A program made the position numbers and the translations under genes. A DNA stretch of 64,000 bases from Candidatus Levyibacteriota bacterium. GTDB taxonomy: Bacteria > Patescibacteriota > Microgenomatia > Levybacterales > UBA12049. The stretch is from contig PJMG01000012.1 of assembly GCA_003173895.1 (NCBI GenBank), positions 35,448 through 99,447 on the forward strand, given 5' to 3'. Below, one piece after another: positions 28,720 to 39,533 of the stretch (the stretch's first letter is position 1; the number at the start of each line of letters is the position of its first letter). The notes beneath the pieces are model-generated. The model saw only the letters and a program-made list of their open reading frames with translations. It was not told the DNA's origin and did no database searches.

Positions 28720-28910
28720 ATAGGTAATGTTAGCACCCATTCTCATAAATGTCAATATTATAGGCTATCTAGTTTCATTCAAAGAAATAATAAGAGTTTA
28801 TTTTATTTTGCAAAATTTTTTTTAGATATTTCTTAAAGATATAGATTTTCTTTCTTACAATTCTCTAACTTGTAATCATTATTACATTTATGTTAAATTG
28901 TAATAATTAT

Positions 28911-29915
28911 ATGGCCAAGAAAGCTTTAATAATTGGAATAACTTCCCAAGATGGATCATATTTAGCGGATCTTCTTTTAGAAAAAGGTTATGAAGTAATT
29001 GGAACATTAAGACGCAGCACTAATTATGTACATGAAAATATTAAACATCTTTATGGAAAAGTAAATTTAGAATTTGCCGATTTACTTGATTTTGAGAGTA
29101 TTGCCAGACTTATTAGAATTTATAAGCCAGACGAAATATATAATATCGCTTCTCAATCAGTCCCTGCTGATAGTTGGAATTTACCTTATTACACTGCTGA
29201 AATTACAGGAATTGGTCCACTTCGGGTTTTAGAAGCAGTAAGACAATTTCATCCGGAAGCTAAACTTTATCAAGCTACCACTCGCGAAATTTTTGGAAAT
29301 ATTACAGCAGATTCTGCTAATGAAGATACACTTTTTGATGCAAATAATCCTTATGGAATTGCGAAAACATATGCACATCTTATGGTTAAATGTTATCGAG
29401 AATCATATGGTATGTTCGCAACTGGTGGAATCTTATTTAATCATGAAAGTCCTCGTCGTGGACTTTGGTTCGTAACCCGAAAAGTGACAGCAGCCGTAGC
29501 TTGTATTAAAAATGGAGTTAAAAATCCACCCATGAATGAAATGGGTGAACCGTTAATCACACCTGACTTTAAGTTACACTTAGGAGATTTAACTTCTCAA
29601 AGAGACTGGGGTTATGCTAAAGAATATGTAGAAGCTATGTGGCTTATCTTACAGCACGATAAACCTATGGATTATATTATAGGCACTAATACCACTCATA
29701 ATGTGGAAGAATTATGTAAAGTCGCATTTGCACATGCAGGATTAAATTATAAAGATCATGTAGTTTCTAATAAAAAGTTTTTCAGACCGACTGAAATTAA
29801 ACCTCTAAAAGGTGATTATTCCAGGGCTAAAAAAGAATTAGGTTGGGAACCAAAAACTTCTTTTGAAGATTTGATAAAACTTATGGTCGATTCCGATCTC
29901 CAAACCTTCAAGTAA
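28911..29915 (+). CDS. gmd: GDP-mannose 4,6-dehydratase
   Basis: GITSQDGSYLA, PDEIYN, LFNHESPRRG, FVTRK, RDWGYA. Confidence 0.93.
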   Translation: MAKKALIIGITSQDGSYLADLLLEKGYEVIGTLRRSTNYVHENIKHLYGKVNLEFADLLDFESIARLIRIYKPDEIYNIASQSVPADSWNLPYYTAEITGIGPLRVLEAVRQFHPEAKLYQATTREIFGNITADSANEDTLFDANNPYGIAKTYAHLMVKCYRESYGMFATGGILFNHESPRRGLWFVTRKVTAAVACIKNGVKNPPMNEMGEPLITPDFKLHLGDLTSQRDWGYAKEYVEAMWLILQHDKPMDYIIGTNTTHNVEELCKVAFAHAGLNYKDHVVSNKKFFRPTEIKPLKGDYSRAKKELGWEPKTSFEDLIKLMVDSDLQTFK

Positions 29916-29916
29916 T

Positions 29917-30489
29917 ATGGCAGAAGTATTATTAATAAATCCCTTTAATTTTATTCAAAGTATCCCAAGACGTGTTGAAAGAGCCAACAATTATGATCTT
30001 TCTCATACTTCATATGAAATAGCTTTAGAAGTAACTAGAGAATATTTAGATTATGTAGAAAATGAAGGAAAAGAACCCCAGCGCTTAAGTGAATTTCAAA
30101 TTCATCAATCAGCCAATGGAGAAATTTTTTTACAAACAATGACAGGTTTAGTAAAAGAAATCACAGAAAATCCATCTAATGAATATAATAGGAGACGAAT
30201 AGAAATTGCTAAGGAATTAAATGCTAATACTTCTGATGAAGAAAGATATAATCTAGCAAAAAGATTTTTAGATGAGTCAAATAATTATTATGCTTCTCTT
30301 AGTGGTTTAGCAGCAACGGGAGCGGTTGAAAGAAGAGCCAAACTTTTAAAATTGCAAGATACAGATATGAATTTATTTCAAGTAAATGTAATTATTGGCT
30401 CTATGTTAGTTCTACAGAGTGAAATAGCTGATATTAGTGAACATCCTCAAGATACAAGACATAAAAGAATACAGCAAATAGGAGAATAA
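29917..30489 (+). CDS. hypothetical protein
   Basis: 190-aa ORF 1 nt after gmd. Confidence 0.65.
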   Translation: MAEVLLINPFNFIQSIPRRVERANNYDLSHTSYEIALEVTREYLDYVENEGKEPQRLSEFQIHQSANGEIFLQTMTGLVKEITENPSNEYNRRRIEIAKELNANTSDEERYNLAKRFLDESNNYYASLSGLAATGAVERRAKLLKLQDTDMNLFQVNVIIGSMLVLQSEIADISEHPQDTRHKRIQQIGE

Positions 30490-30490
30490 G

Positions 30491-31447
30491 TTAATTCTGA
30501 TTTCTCCACCACTCTAATATCTCTCCCAAACTTTTTTCAAAAGGAATTTCGGGGGACCAACCGGTTAGATTTTTTAGTTTAGAAGCGTCACAAATAAGAT
30601 CAGGAATATCACTAGGACGAATTCTGGTTGGATCGGTTTCGACTTTAATAGTCATTTTAGCATGAGAAATGAAAAAATCTAAAATTTCTTTTATTTGATG
30701 AGAAACTCCTGAACCGATATTATAAACTTCCCCGATTTCTCCTTTTTCCATGAGAAGTACGTAGGCTTTCACTACATCTCGTACATCTATAAAATCGCGT
30801 TTAGGATCCAAATTGCCTACTTTAATAATTGGCTCCTGTAAACCTTTTTCTATTTCTGCTATCTGTTTAGCAAAATCTGATGTCACAAAACCGGTTTTTT
30901 GACCAGGTCCTATATGAGTAAAAGGACGAACGCGAATAATAGGCATTTTATAGCTTTTACCGTATTGATAAGCTAAAGCATCACACGCTACTTTAGAGAC
31001 TGCATATGGATTACCGGGTCTAAATGGAGTTTCTTCATCGATAGGTAAATCTTCAGGTTTTACATACCCATAGACATCAGCTGATAAAACGATTAATGTT
31101 TTAGTTTCTGTCAAACCTAATTCTTTTAAACTTTCAAAAAGAAATAACTCTGAATCAATATTATTATGTAACGTCTCTAGTGGATTTTTAATACTTTCCC
31201 CTATAGCTGCCTGAGCTGCCAAATGATAAATTTGATCAGGTTTAATATCTTCTAAAACTTGTTTTAAGTTTTCTCTATTGGTTAGATCTAACTGTACAAA
31301 TTTTATTTTATCTTTAACTGGAGAATTATTTTTAGAATCTTCTGAGTGGTAAGTTCCATAAATTTCGCAGTCACCCAAAGTTAACAAGTGTTGAGCTAAA
31401 TAAGTTCCTACAAATCCTGAAGCACCTGTGATTAAAACTTTCTTCAT
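30491..31447 (-). CDS. GDP-4-keto-6-deoxy-D-mannose reductase-like SDR (Rmd-like)
   Basis: GASGFVG, YHLAAQ, PYAVSK, RPFTHIGPGQ, FAKQIAEIE, VGNL. Confidence 0.8.
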   Translation of the reverse strand: MKKVLITGASGFVGTYLAQHLLTLGDCEIYGTYHSEDSKNNSPVKDKIKFVQLDLTNRENLKQVLEDIKPDQIYHLAAQAAIGESIKNPLETLHNNIDSELFLFESLKELGLTETKTLIVLSADVYGYVKPEDLPIDEETPFRPGNPYAVSKVACDALAYQYGKSYKMPIIRVRPFTHIGPGQKTGFVTSDFAKQIAEIEKGLQEPIIKVGNLDPKRDFIDVRDVVKAYVLLMEKGEIGEVYNIGSGVSHQIKEILDFFISHAKMTIKVETDPTRIRPSDIPDLICDASKLKNLTGWSPEIPFEKSLGEILEWWRNQN

Positions 31448-32736
31448 CTACCTACTCCAACATAATTAAATCCTAATTCTTTTGCTTTTTCGGGTTCATA
31501 AATATTTCTTCCATCGACTAAATTAGGCTCTTTCATAACTGACTTCAATTCTCTTAAGTCTAATTGTTTAAATTCATTCCAATCAGTCACTATTATTAAA
31601 ACATCTACATCTGTAGCTGCTTCGATAGCATTATTAGTATAAACAATATTTGGCAAGATTTTTCGAGCCTTTTCCATCGCAATAGGATCAAAAGCTTTAA
31701 CCGAAGCACCATGATTTAAAAGTTCATTAATTATTATAATCGAGGGCGCATCTCGCATATCGTCAGTATCAGGTTTAAATGAAAGGCCTAAAATACCTAC
31801 TGTTTTTCCTTCTAATTCACCTACTAATGATTTAGTTTTCTTTACAATATTTAAAATAGTTTGTTTATTTACTTCCTCAGCAGATTTCAATAAGGTAAAA
31901 TCATAATCTTCTCCTTTAGCTATATGAATTAAAGCTTTAACATCTTTAGGAAAACAGGAACCACCATAACCAGCTCCAGGACTTAAAAAATATCCACCAA
32001 TACGTTTATCTAAACTTATACCTTCCAGAACTTGCAATCCATCTGCTCCTAATTTTTCAGCTAAATGAGCTATTGCATTAGCGTAGGAAATTTTAGTCGC
32101 TAAGAAAGAATTAGCCGCATATTTTATAAGCTCAGCTGTAGGAATATTAGTTAAAACTCTTTTACCACCAATAGGTTTATGTAATTCTACTAAAATATTT
32201 CTGGCTTTATCTGAATATGTACCGATAACTACACGATCTGGATTTAATGTATCTGAAATAGCTTGACCTTCTCTTAAGAATTCTGGAGTGGAAGCCATAT
32301 CAAACTCAGCTTTTTCAGGTTTTACTTTATTGATTACTGCTTCTAGTTCTTTATGCGTTCCTACTGGAACTGTACTTTTAGTTACTACTACTGTATATCC
32401 ATCTAAATTTTTACCAATCTCCTCGGCTACCTGCTTTACTACAGTAAGATCTGCTTCTCCTGTAACAGGTTTAGGTGGAGTACCAACTGCTATAAATACT
32501 ACTTCTGACTGTGGAATGGCTTCTTTAAAATCTAATGTAAAATGAAGACGATTAGCTGCTAAATTTCTTTTTACTATTTCTTCCAGTCCTGGTTCATAAA
32601 TAGGTAGAAATCCTTTTTTTAAACCTTCTACTTTATCTGGAGTATGTCCAACTACAAAAACATCATTACCTAAGTCCGCGAAAATAGAAGCTGTAACTAA
32701 ACCTACGTATCCATGTCCTATAAATGCTATTTTCAT
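31444..32736 (-). CDS. ugd: UDP-glucose 6-dehydrogenase
   Basis: GHGYVG, AVGTP, KSTVPVG, PEFLREG, GYGGSCFPKD, FKPDTDD. Confidence 0.93.
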   Translation of the reverse strand: MKIAFIGHGYVGLVTASIFADLGNDVFVVGHTPDKVEGLKKGFLPIYEPGLEEIVKRNLAANRLHFTLDFKEAIPQSEVVFIAVGTPPKPVTGEADLTVVKQVAEEIGKNLDGYTVVVTKSTVPVGTHKELEAVINKVKPEKAEFDMASTPEFLREGQAISDTLNPDRVVIGTYSDKARNILVELHKPIGGKRVLTNIPTAELIKYAANSFLATKISYANAIAHLAEKLGADGLQVLEGISLDKRIGGYFLSPGAGYGGSCFPKDVKALIHIAKGEDYDFTLLKSAEEVNKQTILNIVKKTKSLVGELEGKTVGILGLSFKPDTDDMRDAPSIIIINELLNHGASVKAFDPIAMEKARKILPNIVYTNNAIEAATDVDVLIIVTDWNEFKQLDLRELKSVMKEPNLVDGRNIYEPEKAKELGFNYVGVGR

Positions 32737-32804
32737 AAATTGATATTAATATTTTAACATTACTTTAAAATATATGAAACTATTATTTTGAAAACTAAGT
32801 ACTG

Positions 32805-33257
32805 TTAGTTTAATTGTTTAATTATTTTAAATCCACTACCTTCTGCTTCTAATTGAAACCCATTTTGTGTATAAAAATTTGGTAGCCAAGGCTGTGTCTG
32901 AATATCGCTTGCTGAAATCTGTCCGTCAATTCTTTTAGCACCAAATCGGCGGGCTCGCCTTTCTAATTCTGCTAAAATTGCTGTACCTACTCCTCTTCTT
33001 CTGTTAACTTTAGTTCCTTGATTGGAATCAACATCAATCCTAGCTAAATAAACATATCTATCTCTTTCTTCATATTGATTTGAAGATATATTAAATTCTT
33101 TTTTTATACTAAATGTGGCTGTTGCTAAACCCACTTTAGTTCCATCTAATAACCCTTCTATCTGAATTGTTTCAAAGAGATTATTTCTTAGCTCATTTTC
33201 CCATGAACGATCGTCAAAAATGTATGCAGTGTTATCTGTAATTTGTGCTTCTACCAT
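32805..33257 (-). CDS. GNAT family acetyltransferase-like
   Basis: RRRGVGTAIL, NFYTQNGF. Confidence 0.7.
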   Translation of the reverse strand: MVEAQITDNTAYIFDDRSWENELRNNLFETIQIEGLLDGTKVGLATATFSIKKEFNISSNQYEERDRYVYLARIDVDSNQGTKVNRRRGVGTAILAELERRARRFGAKRIDGQISASDIQTQPWLPNFYTQNGFQLEAEGSGFKIIKQLN

Positions 33258-33340
33258 AGAGGAGATTTTATCTATTTTTCTTTAAAAAAGCAATTTGTTA
33301 AGTGTTTGTATTTTTTATTTTATTCACAGAATTTTAGTAA

Positions 33341-35401
33341 TTAAGATCTAGGAATACAAAAAATAAATTCATTAAAAAAAAAGCGTCTGTCATAAGGTGT
33401 ACCACGATAGGAACTTAATTTCAATTTATCTTCTCTACGACGAATATCAAATATTAAACCCAATATTGGTTTCATTGCTATATTAACAGTCTCATCATTT
33501 TGTAATTCATCCCCATAATGAAGTGCTAGATATGGCCCTATTTCTGGAGGACAAAGATCTAATCCTAAATCTGTTGCCGCCTGATAAATATCTCCAATTG
33601 CTACATAAGGAGGAGAAAAATAAGAAGGTAAATCATTTGCTCTTAATCTTATTAAATCTAAATCTATCGGAGATTGTAATGTCGTAAAATCTGTATTTAA
33701 CATCATAGCCTTTGCCTCTTCACCTATACTAATACCTTTTAACTCTAACTCACGTAGTAATTGTGCAGGAGTTTTAATTGGATCAATTTTAAGCTTTTCT
33801 ATTTTTATTTTTCTACCTGGGAATGATAAATATATTTCATTAACATTATATAATTGTAATTTTTGGAAAATTCCAGCTTCTAAAGAACCTATACTTCCTG
33901 TGTGTATATATACCTTTGTAAATGCATTAATGCTTTCTAAGTTAAGAGCAATTTGCTCTGGTTTATATTCTAAAATAATTGCTGCATCAACGTTAAGATC
34001 TCTGGTCTTTCTTAATTCATAAACTCTTGGATCATTACCTTGTCCAAATCCTTCAATAGGACCATCAAGTTCATATAAAAATCGTACTTCTTCTCGCGTT
34101 AAATCTTTATCAGCTTTTGATTTATTATAAATTTCTGTTAATCGTTTCATATTTTCGGTTCGTTTTTGATAAGCTTTACCATCAGGGAATTCTTGAAGTT
34201 TTTTCTCAACAACCGAATAGATATAGGGGTCTAAATTTTGATTTTCTGTAACTCCTCGTACTTCACCAATCTTATCTCCTTCCATTCTAATTGCTACTCT
34301 AGGAATAGTTGGATTTCCAGCTCTATCCAACGAATAATAAACATAGAAATCTCCTCCTTTCAATTGCTGTCTAGCAGTTGATTCACCTGCGGTACACCAA
34401 CCTGTACTATATCCTATCCTAGATGCTTTTTGTAATGAAGGAACTAATGGTTCAGCTTCAATTGCTTTAGAATCCATTTCTATATGTGGTCTATAAGTCA
34501 TAGGATCAGAATTTCTTGGAAATTTAATCCATACACCTTCTGTTTTATTTAAGAGTTCTCTTGAACCATGTATAATTTTTTCAATTGCCCATGCATATAG
34601 CTTTGCAAAATTTTCTCCTGCTAAAAGTTGTTCAAATCTTTGGCGATCATTTATATCTAAATTAGACAGATCTGTTTGTTTAACTATGTATTTTTTTTCA
34701 ATTGCATCAAGTACATAACTAAGTGCCTCTGGATTAAGCTCAGGAAATGTTTTAGTAGTATCATAAGAACGATTACCAAATGCTTTTTTATCCTTATCAT
34801 ATGTACTCATTTGTAAGATACTACGAAAAGTCCAATATTTTAACCAATCTGGGTAAGGTGCATAACTAGAAGAAAGATAGTCAATCCAACTATCAAGAGA
34901 GTTTTTTTGATCAGTAATAGTTGCCTCCGCAAATTGCCTTGGAAGATCGCTTAAGTCTGTAGCTACTAAATCACCACCTTGTCCACGTTCATACATTTGT
35001 AGTATTTGTTTATCAATTGCACTTAATTTATATAGCTTACCTTCTGTATCTATTGGTTTCCCAGCATTATCTCTTTTTGCCACCATAATATCTCTAATTT
35101 CAGGATTGATAGAGAAAGCAGGATTATCAGGTTTTATAATAAATTTTTCATATAAAACTCTTTTTAAAATATCTAGATTTCTTTTCTTCCGATCAAAATC
35201 AGGATAATCTTCTAGTGAAGGAGGATTAATAAGAGAATTTAAACGATCCAGAAAATTTTGGATTCTGGCAGAAGGATTATTTTGAGCGAGATTTTCTCCT
35301 ATATGTAAATAATTATGTTTAGCTGCTGATTGCACTTCAGAACTCGTACGCAAAGAGGAATATTTTTTATCTAAAAATTTAGGACCTGCACTTTCTGGCA
35401 T
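33341..35401 (-). CDS. large hypothetical protein; central GWCTAG domain, C-terminal possible C-type-lectin-fold domain
   Basis: TGWCTAG..GGDFYVY..AIRM..GEVRG..QN; C-terminal LGLDLCPPEIGPYL..IAMKPI..FIF. Confidence 0.7.
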   Translation of the reverse strand: MPESAGPKFLDKKYSSLRTSSEVQSAAKHNYLHIGENLAQNNPSARIQNFLDRLNSLINPPSLEDYPDFDRKKRNLDILKRVLYEKFIIKPDNPAFSINPEIRDIMVAKRDNAGKPIDTEGKLYKLSAIDKQILQMYERGQGGDLVATDLSDLPRQFAEATITDQKNSLDSWIDYLSSSYAPYPDWLKYWTFRSILQMSTYDKDKKAFGNRSYDTTKTFPELNPEALSYVLDAIEKKYIVKQTDLSNLDINDRQRFEQLLAGENFAKLYAWAIEKIIHGSRELLNKTEGVWIKFPRNSDPMTYRPHIEMDSKAIEAEPLVPSLQKASRIGYSTGWCTAGESTARQQLKGGDFYVYYSLDRAGNPTIPRVAIRMEGDKIGEVRGVTENQNLDPYIYSVVEKKLQEFPDGKAYQKRTENMKRLTEIYNKSKADKDLTREEVRFLYELDGPIEGFGQGNDPRVYELRKTRDLNVDAAIILEYKPEQIALNLESINAFTKVYIHTGSIGSLEAGIFQKLQLYNVNEIYLSFPGRKIKIEKLKIDPIKTPAQLLRELELKGISIGEEAKAMMLNTDFTTLQSPIDLDLIRLRANDLPSYFSPPYVAIGDIYQAATDLGLDLCPPEIGPYLALHYGDELQNDETVNIAMKPILGLIFDIRRREDKLKLSSYRGTPYDRRFFFNEFIFCIPRS

Positions 35402-35404
35402 ATA

Positions 35405-36286
35405 TTATATATTATAATTTAATTGCCTTTTTATTTCTTCCAATCCTTCTCTAAATGTCTTTAAATTTACGCCCAATTTTTTTATTTTATTGTTATTAAG
35501 CGATGAGTTATATGGTTCTTTTGGCTTATCAATTAAAAATTCTGCTCGTGTTGTAGAAGCTATTAAACTTTTATCCAATCCGGAAACGTTGGCTATTTCT
35601 AAAGCCGCATCATAAATACTTAGTGAAGTATCACCCACTACATGATAAATACCGTTAGCGCTATTTTCGATCAAGATATCAACTGCTGTTGCTATGTCAT
35701 CTATAAAAGTAGGAGTAATAATTCTATCTTTTAAAACTGTTAATTGTTCTTTATTTTTAAGTTTTTGTATAAATAGCCTGACAAAATCATTTTTCTCATA
35801 ATTAGCTCTGTATGGATAAGCTACGCGAGTAATAGTCCATAGAGTTTTTATATTTTTTACTCTTAATTCTCCTTCATATTTAGTCTGAGCATACCAGTTA
35901 AGTGGATTTTCGCGATCTCTCTCTGTATAACCTCCCTCGGGCGTATTTTCTCCATCGAAAACTAAATCTGTAGAAAAATAAATAAGCGGAATATTATTCT
36001 CTTCACAAACTTGAGCCACATTTTCTGTCCCTAAAACATTTATTTTCCACGCTTCACTTTTTTCACCCAAGTTTCTATCCAATTCTGCCTGTTTTACATT
36101 AGTATATGCTGCTAAATGTAAAACAAAATCTGGTCTTAAATCCTGAAGAGATTTTTGAACACTTTCTTTACTCGTTATATCTACGCCTGTACTTCTACTA
36201 ATATTTTCAAAAGTATATTTATCTTTAAGAAGTTCTAAAATTCTGGAACCAATTAATCCATTTAAACCAGTAGCTAAAATTTTCAT
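35405..36286 (-). CDS. rmlD: dTDP-4-dehydrorhamnose reductase
   Basis: GLNGLIG, AAYTNV, STDLVFDG, YAQTK. Confidence 0.88.
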   Translation of the reverse strand: MKILATGLNGLIGSRILELLKDKYTFENISRSTGVDITSKESVQKSLQDLRPDFVLHLAAYTNVKQAELDRNLGEKSEAWKINVLGTENVAQVCEENNIPLIYFSTDLVFDGENTPEGGYTERDRENPLNWYAQTKYEGELRVKNIKTLWTITRVAYPYRANYEKNDFVRLFIQKLKNKEQLTVLKDRIITPTFIDDIATAVDILIENSANGIYHVVGDTSLSIYDAALEIANVSGLDKSLIASTTRAEFLIDKPKEPYNSSLNNNKIKKLGVNLKTFREGLEEIKRQLNYNI

Positions 36287-37308
36287 AATTGGTCAATATT
36301 TCCGCCTAAGTTATTACGCATTATTTCTTCATAATCCTCTTTTTTTATTTGCTCCCACCAGCTTCTATTTTCTATATACCAATCAACAGTTTTTTTAAGC
36401 CATGTATCAAAATCATGTAAAGGTTTCCATCCAAGTTCTTTATTAATTTTAGTCCAGTCCACATTATATTTTCTATCATTACCTTGTCTATCTTTAACAA
36501 ATTTAATATGCTCTTCACCCATATCTAAAACTTTTAAAATCCTCTTAACTACTTCTAAATTAGAAATTCCTTTATGCATTCCACCGATTAAATAAGTTTC
36601 ACCTATTTTACCTTTATTTAAAATTAGCTCAATAGCACGTACATGATCTTCTACATATAACCAATCTCGAACATTTTTACCATCACCATGAACAGGAACT
36701 TTTTTACCCTCTAATAAATTGGTAATCGCGATAGGAATTAATTTTTCCGGATACATCGCAGGTCCAAAATTATTAGAACAGTTACTAATAGTAATCGGCA
36801 AATTATATGTATGATGATAAGCTCTAACTAGATGATCAGCTCCTGCTTTAGTGGCTGAATAAGGACTAGAAGGATTATATGGAGTTTTTTCACTAAACTG
36901 TGAAGTTGTCTCTAAGTTTAAACTACCAAAAACTTCATCAGTAGAAATGTGATGAAATCTTTTTATTTTATGTTTCTTAGCTGCCTCAAGAAGTACATAA
37001 GTTCCGACAATATTAGAATTTATAAAAGGAAGTGGATCCATTATGGAACGATCTACATGTGTTTCTGCTGCAAAGTGAACTACTATATCTACACCACGCA
37101 TAATTTCATCTACTACTTCTGCATTACAAATATCAGCACAAACAAATGAATAATGTGGATTTTCCTGTACGCCTAGGAGATTAGCTAAATTACCTGCGTA
37201 AGTTAATTTATCAATATTAATGATTTTATCTTCTGGATGATTTTTCATCCAATAAAGAATAAAATGCGAACCTATGAATCCTGCCCCTCCAGTTACCAAA
37301 AGCTTCAT
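36283..37308 (-). CDS. rmlB: dTDP-glucose 4,6-dehydratase
   Basis: GGAGFIG, DKLTYAGN, AAETHVDRSI, STDEVFG, YSATKA. Confidence 0.95.
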   Translation of the reverse strand: MKLLVTGGAGFIGSHFILYWMKNHPEDKIINIDKLTYAGNLANLLGVQENPHYSFVCADICNAEVVDEIMRGVDIVVHFAAETHVDRSIMDPLPFINSNIVGTYVLLEAAKKHKIKRFHHISTDEVFGSLNLETTSQFSEKTPYNPSSPYSATKAGADHLVRAYHHTYNLPITISNCSNNFGPAMYPEKLIPIAITNLLEGKKVPVHGDGKNVRDWLYVEDHVRAIELILNKGKIGETYLIGGMHKGISNLEVVKRILKVLDMGEEHIKFVKDRQGNDRKYNVDWTKINKELGWKPLHDFDTWLKKTVDWYIENRSWWEQIKKEDYEEIMRNNLGGNIDQL

Positions 37309-37375
37309 ATTGATTAATTTATCTTAACATTTCTGCTATACCAAATACAATATTAAATGTGTTAATATTATTTCT

Positions 37376-38011
37376 ATGGATCAAACAAATAATTACGAAT
37401 TAGTTATTAAACCCACAGACCCAGATTTTCCCAAAATGATCGAAACTACAGATATTCCAGGATTACTAATTTACCAACGTGAAACTTTCGAAGATAACCG
37501 GGGATTTTTTAGAGAAGCCGTAGAACTACGTGATCTGGAAAAAGTTTTAGGTAAAAAAATAACTGTAACTCAGTGGAATCATTCTTTATCACATTCTAAA
37601 GTTATACGAGGATTTCATGCAGAACCATGGGAAAAAATTATTTATGTGTTAAGAGGTGAAGTAATGGCTGCTATAGTGGATTTAAGATTGGATTCTCCTA
37701 CTTTTGGAAAAGTAGTTACAGTGACTTTAGGAGAAAATAATAGAAAAACTCTTTATTTACCTAAAGGTATGGGAAATTCTTTTTGCGTAACCAGCTCTAC
37801 AGATGCTGAATATATGTATATGATCACTGATTATTTTGAGGGCAAACCCACACCTGCAGTTGCATGGAATGATCCTGTTTTAACCAAACAGTTTGGTGGT
37901 TGGCCTGTAGAAAATCCTATCGTTAGTGAAAAAGATATGAATTATCCTACACTTAAGGAAAAATTTGGTGATCAAGTAGACTTCTCTAAATTTCCCTGGC
38001 TAAATAGTTAA
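37376..38011 (+). CDS. rmlC: dTDP-4-dehydrorhamnose 3,5-epimerase
   Basis: DNRGFF, VIRGFH, VDLR.DSPTFG, WNDP, SEKD. Confidence 0.9.
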   Translation: MDQTNNYELVIKPTDPDFPKMIETTDIPGLLIYQRETFEDNRGFFREAVELRDLEKVLGKKITVTQWNHSLSHSKVIRGFHAEPWEKIIYVLRGEVMAAIVDLRLDSPTFGKVVTVTLGENNRKTLYLPKGMGNSFCVTSSTDAEYMYMITDYFEGKPTPAVAWNDPVLTKQFGGWPVENPIVSEKDMNYPTLKEKFGDQVDFSKFPWLNS

Positions 38012-38018
38012 ATTTCAA

Positions 38019-38045
38019 TGTCATCCTGAACTCGATTCAGAATCT
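38019..38045. repeat. REP-like TGTCAT singlet between convergent genes
   Basis: TGTCATCCTGAACTCGATTCAGAATCT. Confidence 0.85.
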
Positions 38046-38052
38046 TTTAATA

Positions 38053-38562
38053 TTAACTTTTATTTAAAATATTTACTATTTGCTTCACAGTTTTTTCAGG
38101 CGTTTTATCAGTGTTGTCTATTTTATATTCGTTTGTAAAATGTAAATCATCTCTTAATTTTTTATTAAATTTAATAGATTCTTCAAAATCTCTGAATCCA
38201 CTATCTCTAGTTTCTGTCAAAACTCTTTTTTTAAGTTTATCGTCGTCAGTAAGATAAAAAGTAAAAACTATATTTCTATAATCTTTTAACTCTTCTAGAA
38301 TTCTCTCAATATTCTTTTCTGTAAACCCACCAACAATTACATTTTTATAATTATGTTTTGCATAATTTCTTAATAAGAATACAAGGTTTTCAATAGACAT
38401 TTTTTCTTCTATATCATTAGTATTTGTCCAAGTGTTATTTAAGTGAAACCCTCTAATCCAATCAAAATCAATATGAACAGAATTAAGTTTTTCTTTAAGA
38501 AGTCGAGCAAGTGTAGTTTTTCCTGCTCCTTGTGCACCTAAAATGAAAATAAAATTATACAT
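38053..38562 (-). CDS. small P-loop kinase-like protein
   Basis: GAQGAGKTT near N-terminus, IDNT..TPE. Confidence 0.75.
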   Translation of the reverse strand: MYNFIFILGAQGAGKTTLARLLKEKLNSVHIDFDWIRGFHLNNTWTNTNDIEEKMSIENLVFLLRNYAKHNYKNVIVGGFTEKNIERILEELKDYRNIVFTFYLTDDDKLKKRVLTETRDSGFRDFEESIKFNKKLRDDLHFTNEYKIDNTDKTPEKTVKQIVNILNKS

Positions 38563-38571
38563 ATAAGAATT

Positions 38572-39513
38572 CTAATTATTTACTCTCAAACTTTTAATGG
38601 TTTTATTTTTTAAATAATCTATACCTTTTTCCACTAACCAGAATAACCATTTTGGATATTTATTTTTATAATTTTTTTCATAAAAAATTTTCATCGCATT
38701 AAAACGTTCTGTTTGAAGCATTATTTTTGCATCAATGTTTGCAGTAGTTATATTGGCCGTTTTTTTCTTAATTCCACTTGATGCACCACCTATGTGCATA
38801 ATACTAACTTCGCCTACATAATAAATTTTATAACCTAATTTTTTTATGTTATAACAAAATTGTAAATCCTCACCATAAAAAAAATAATCTTCATCCCACC
38901 AATCCACCTTTTTACCTACTTCATAAGGAACTAACATAAATGCACCTTCTATAGCATCTACTTCATGTGTAGTATTTAAATTTTCCCAACCCTGTGTATA
39001 ACCTGCAAAAAATTTACTGCGTGGAAAAATTCTTTGAAGATGGGAGAAATAACAAAATGAATTCCAAGGAGTAGGAAATCCACGATGACAATTAAAATCT
39101 ATTTCTCCATCTTTATTAATTAATTTACAAGAAGCTGCACCTGCATCTGGATGTGCTTCCATAAATTCCAACATATAATTTAGACTGTCTTTATAAACTA
39201 TAGTGTCATTATTTAAAAATAAAACATATTTTCCATGCGCATAAGGAATTCCTTTATTATTACCTTTAGAGAACCCAATATTCCCACCGTTATCAATGAT
39301 ATCAAAATTTTTAATTTTGGTTTTCTTTTTATAATTTTTAAAAAATTCTAAAGTCCCATCTGTGGAAGCATTATCAGTAACTATTATTTCAAATTTCCCA
39401 TTTTCCACTTCTTTTAAATAATTTTTTTCGATAGAAGATACAGCATCTAAAGTAATTTCTTTAGCATTGTAAGTCAAAATAATTATAGAAAGTAAAACAT
39501 CGTTTTTATTCAT
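38572..39513 (-). CDS. glycosyltransferase family 2 (WbbL-like)
   Basis: DNASTDG, NIGFSKGNN, LNND, YGED. Confidence 0.9.
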   Translation of the reverse strand: MNKNDVLLSIIILTYNAKEITLDAVSSIEKNYLKEVENGKFEIIVTDNASTDGTLEFFKNYKKKTKIKNFDIIDNGGNIGFSKGNNKGIPYAHGKYVLFLNNDTIVYKDSLNYMLEFMEAHPDAGAASCKLINKDGEIDFNCHRGFPTPWNSFCYFSHLQRIFPRSKFFAGYTQGWENLNTTHEVDAIEGAFMLVPYEVGKKVDWWDEDYFFYGEDLQFCYNIKKLGYKIYYVGEVSIMHIGGASSGIKKKTANITTANIDAKIMLQTERFNAMKIFYEKNYKNKYPKWLFWLVEKGIDYLKNKTIKSLRVNN

Positions 39514-39533
39514 TTGCTTATTAGTTTATTGGA

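Noticed and set aside
33341-33460. Complete DGR cassette
   Set aside because: No reverse transcriptase, accessory gene or template repeat seen in the window.
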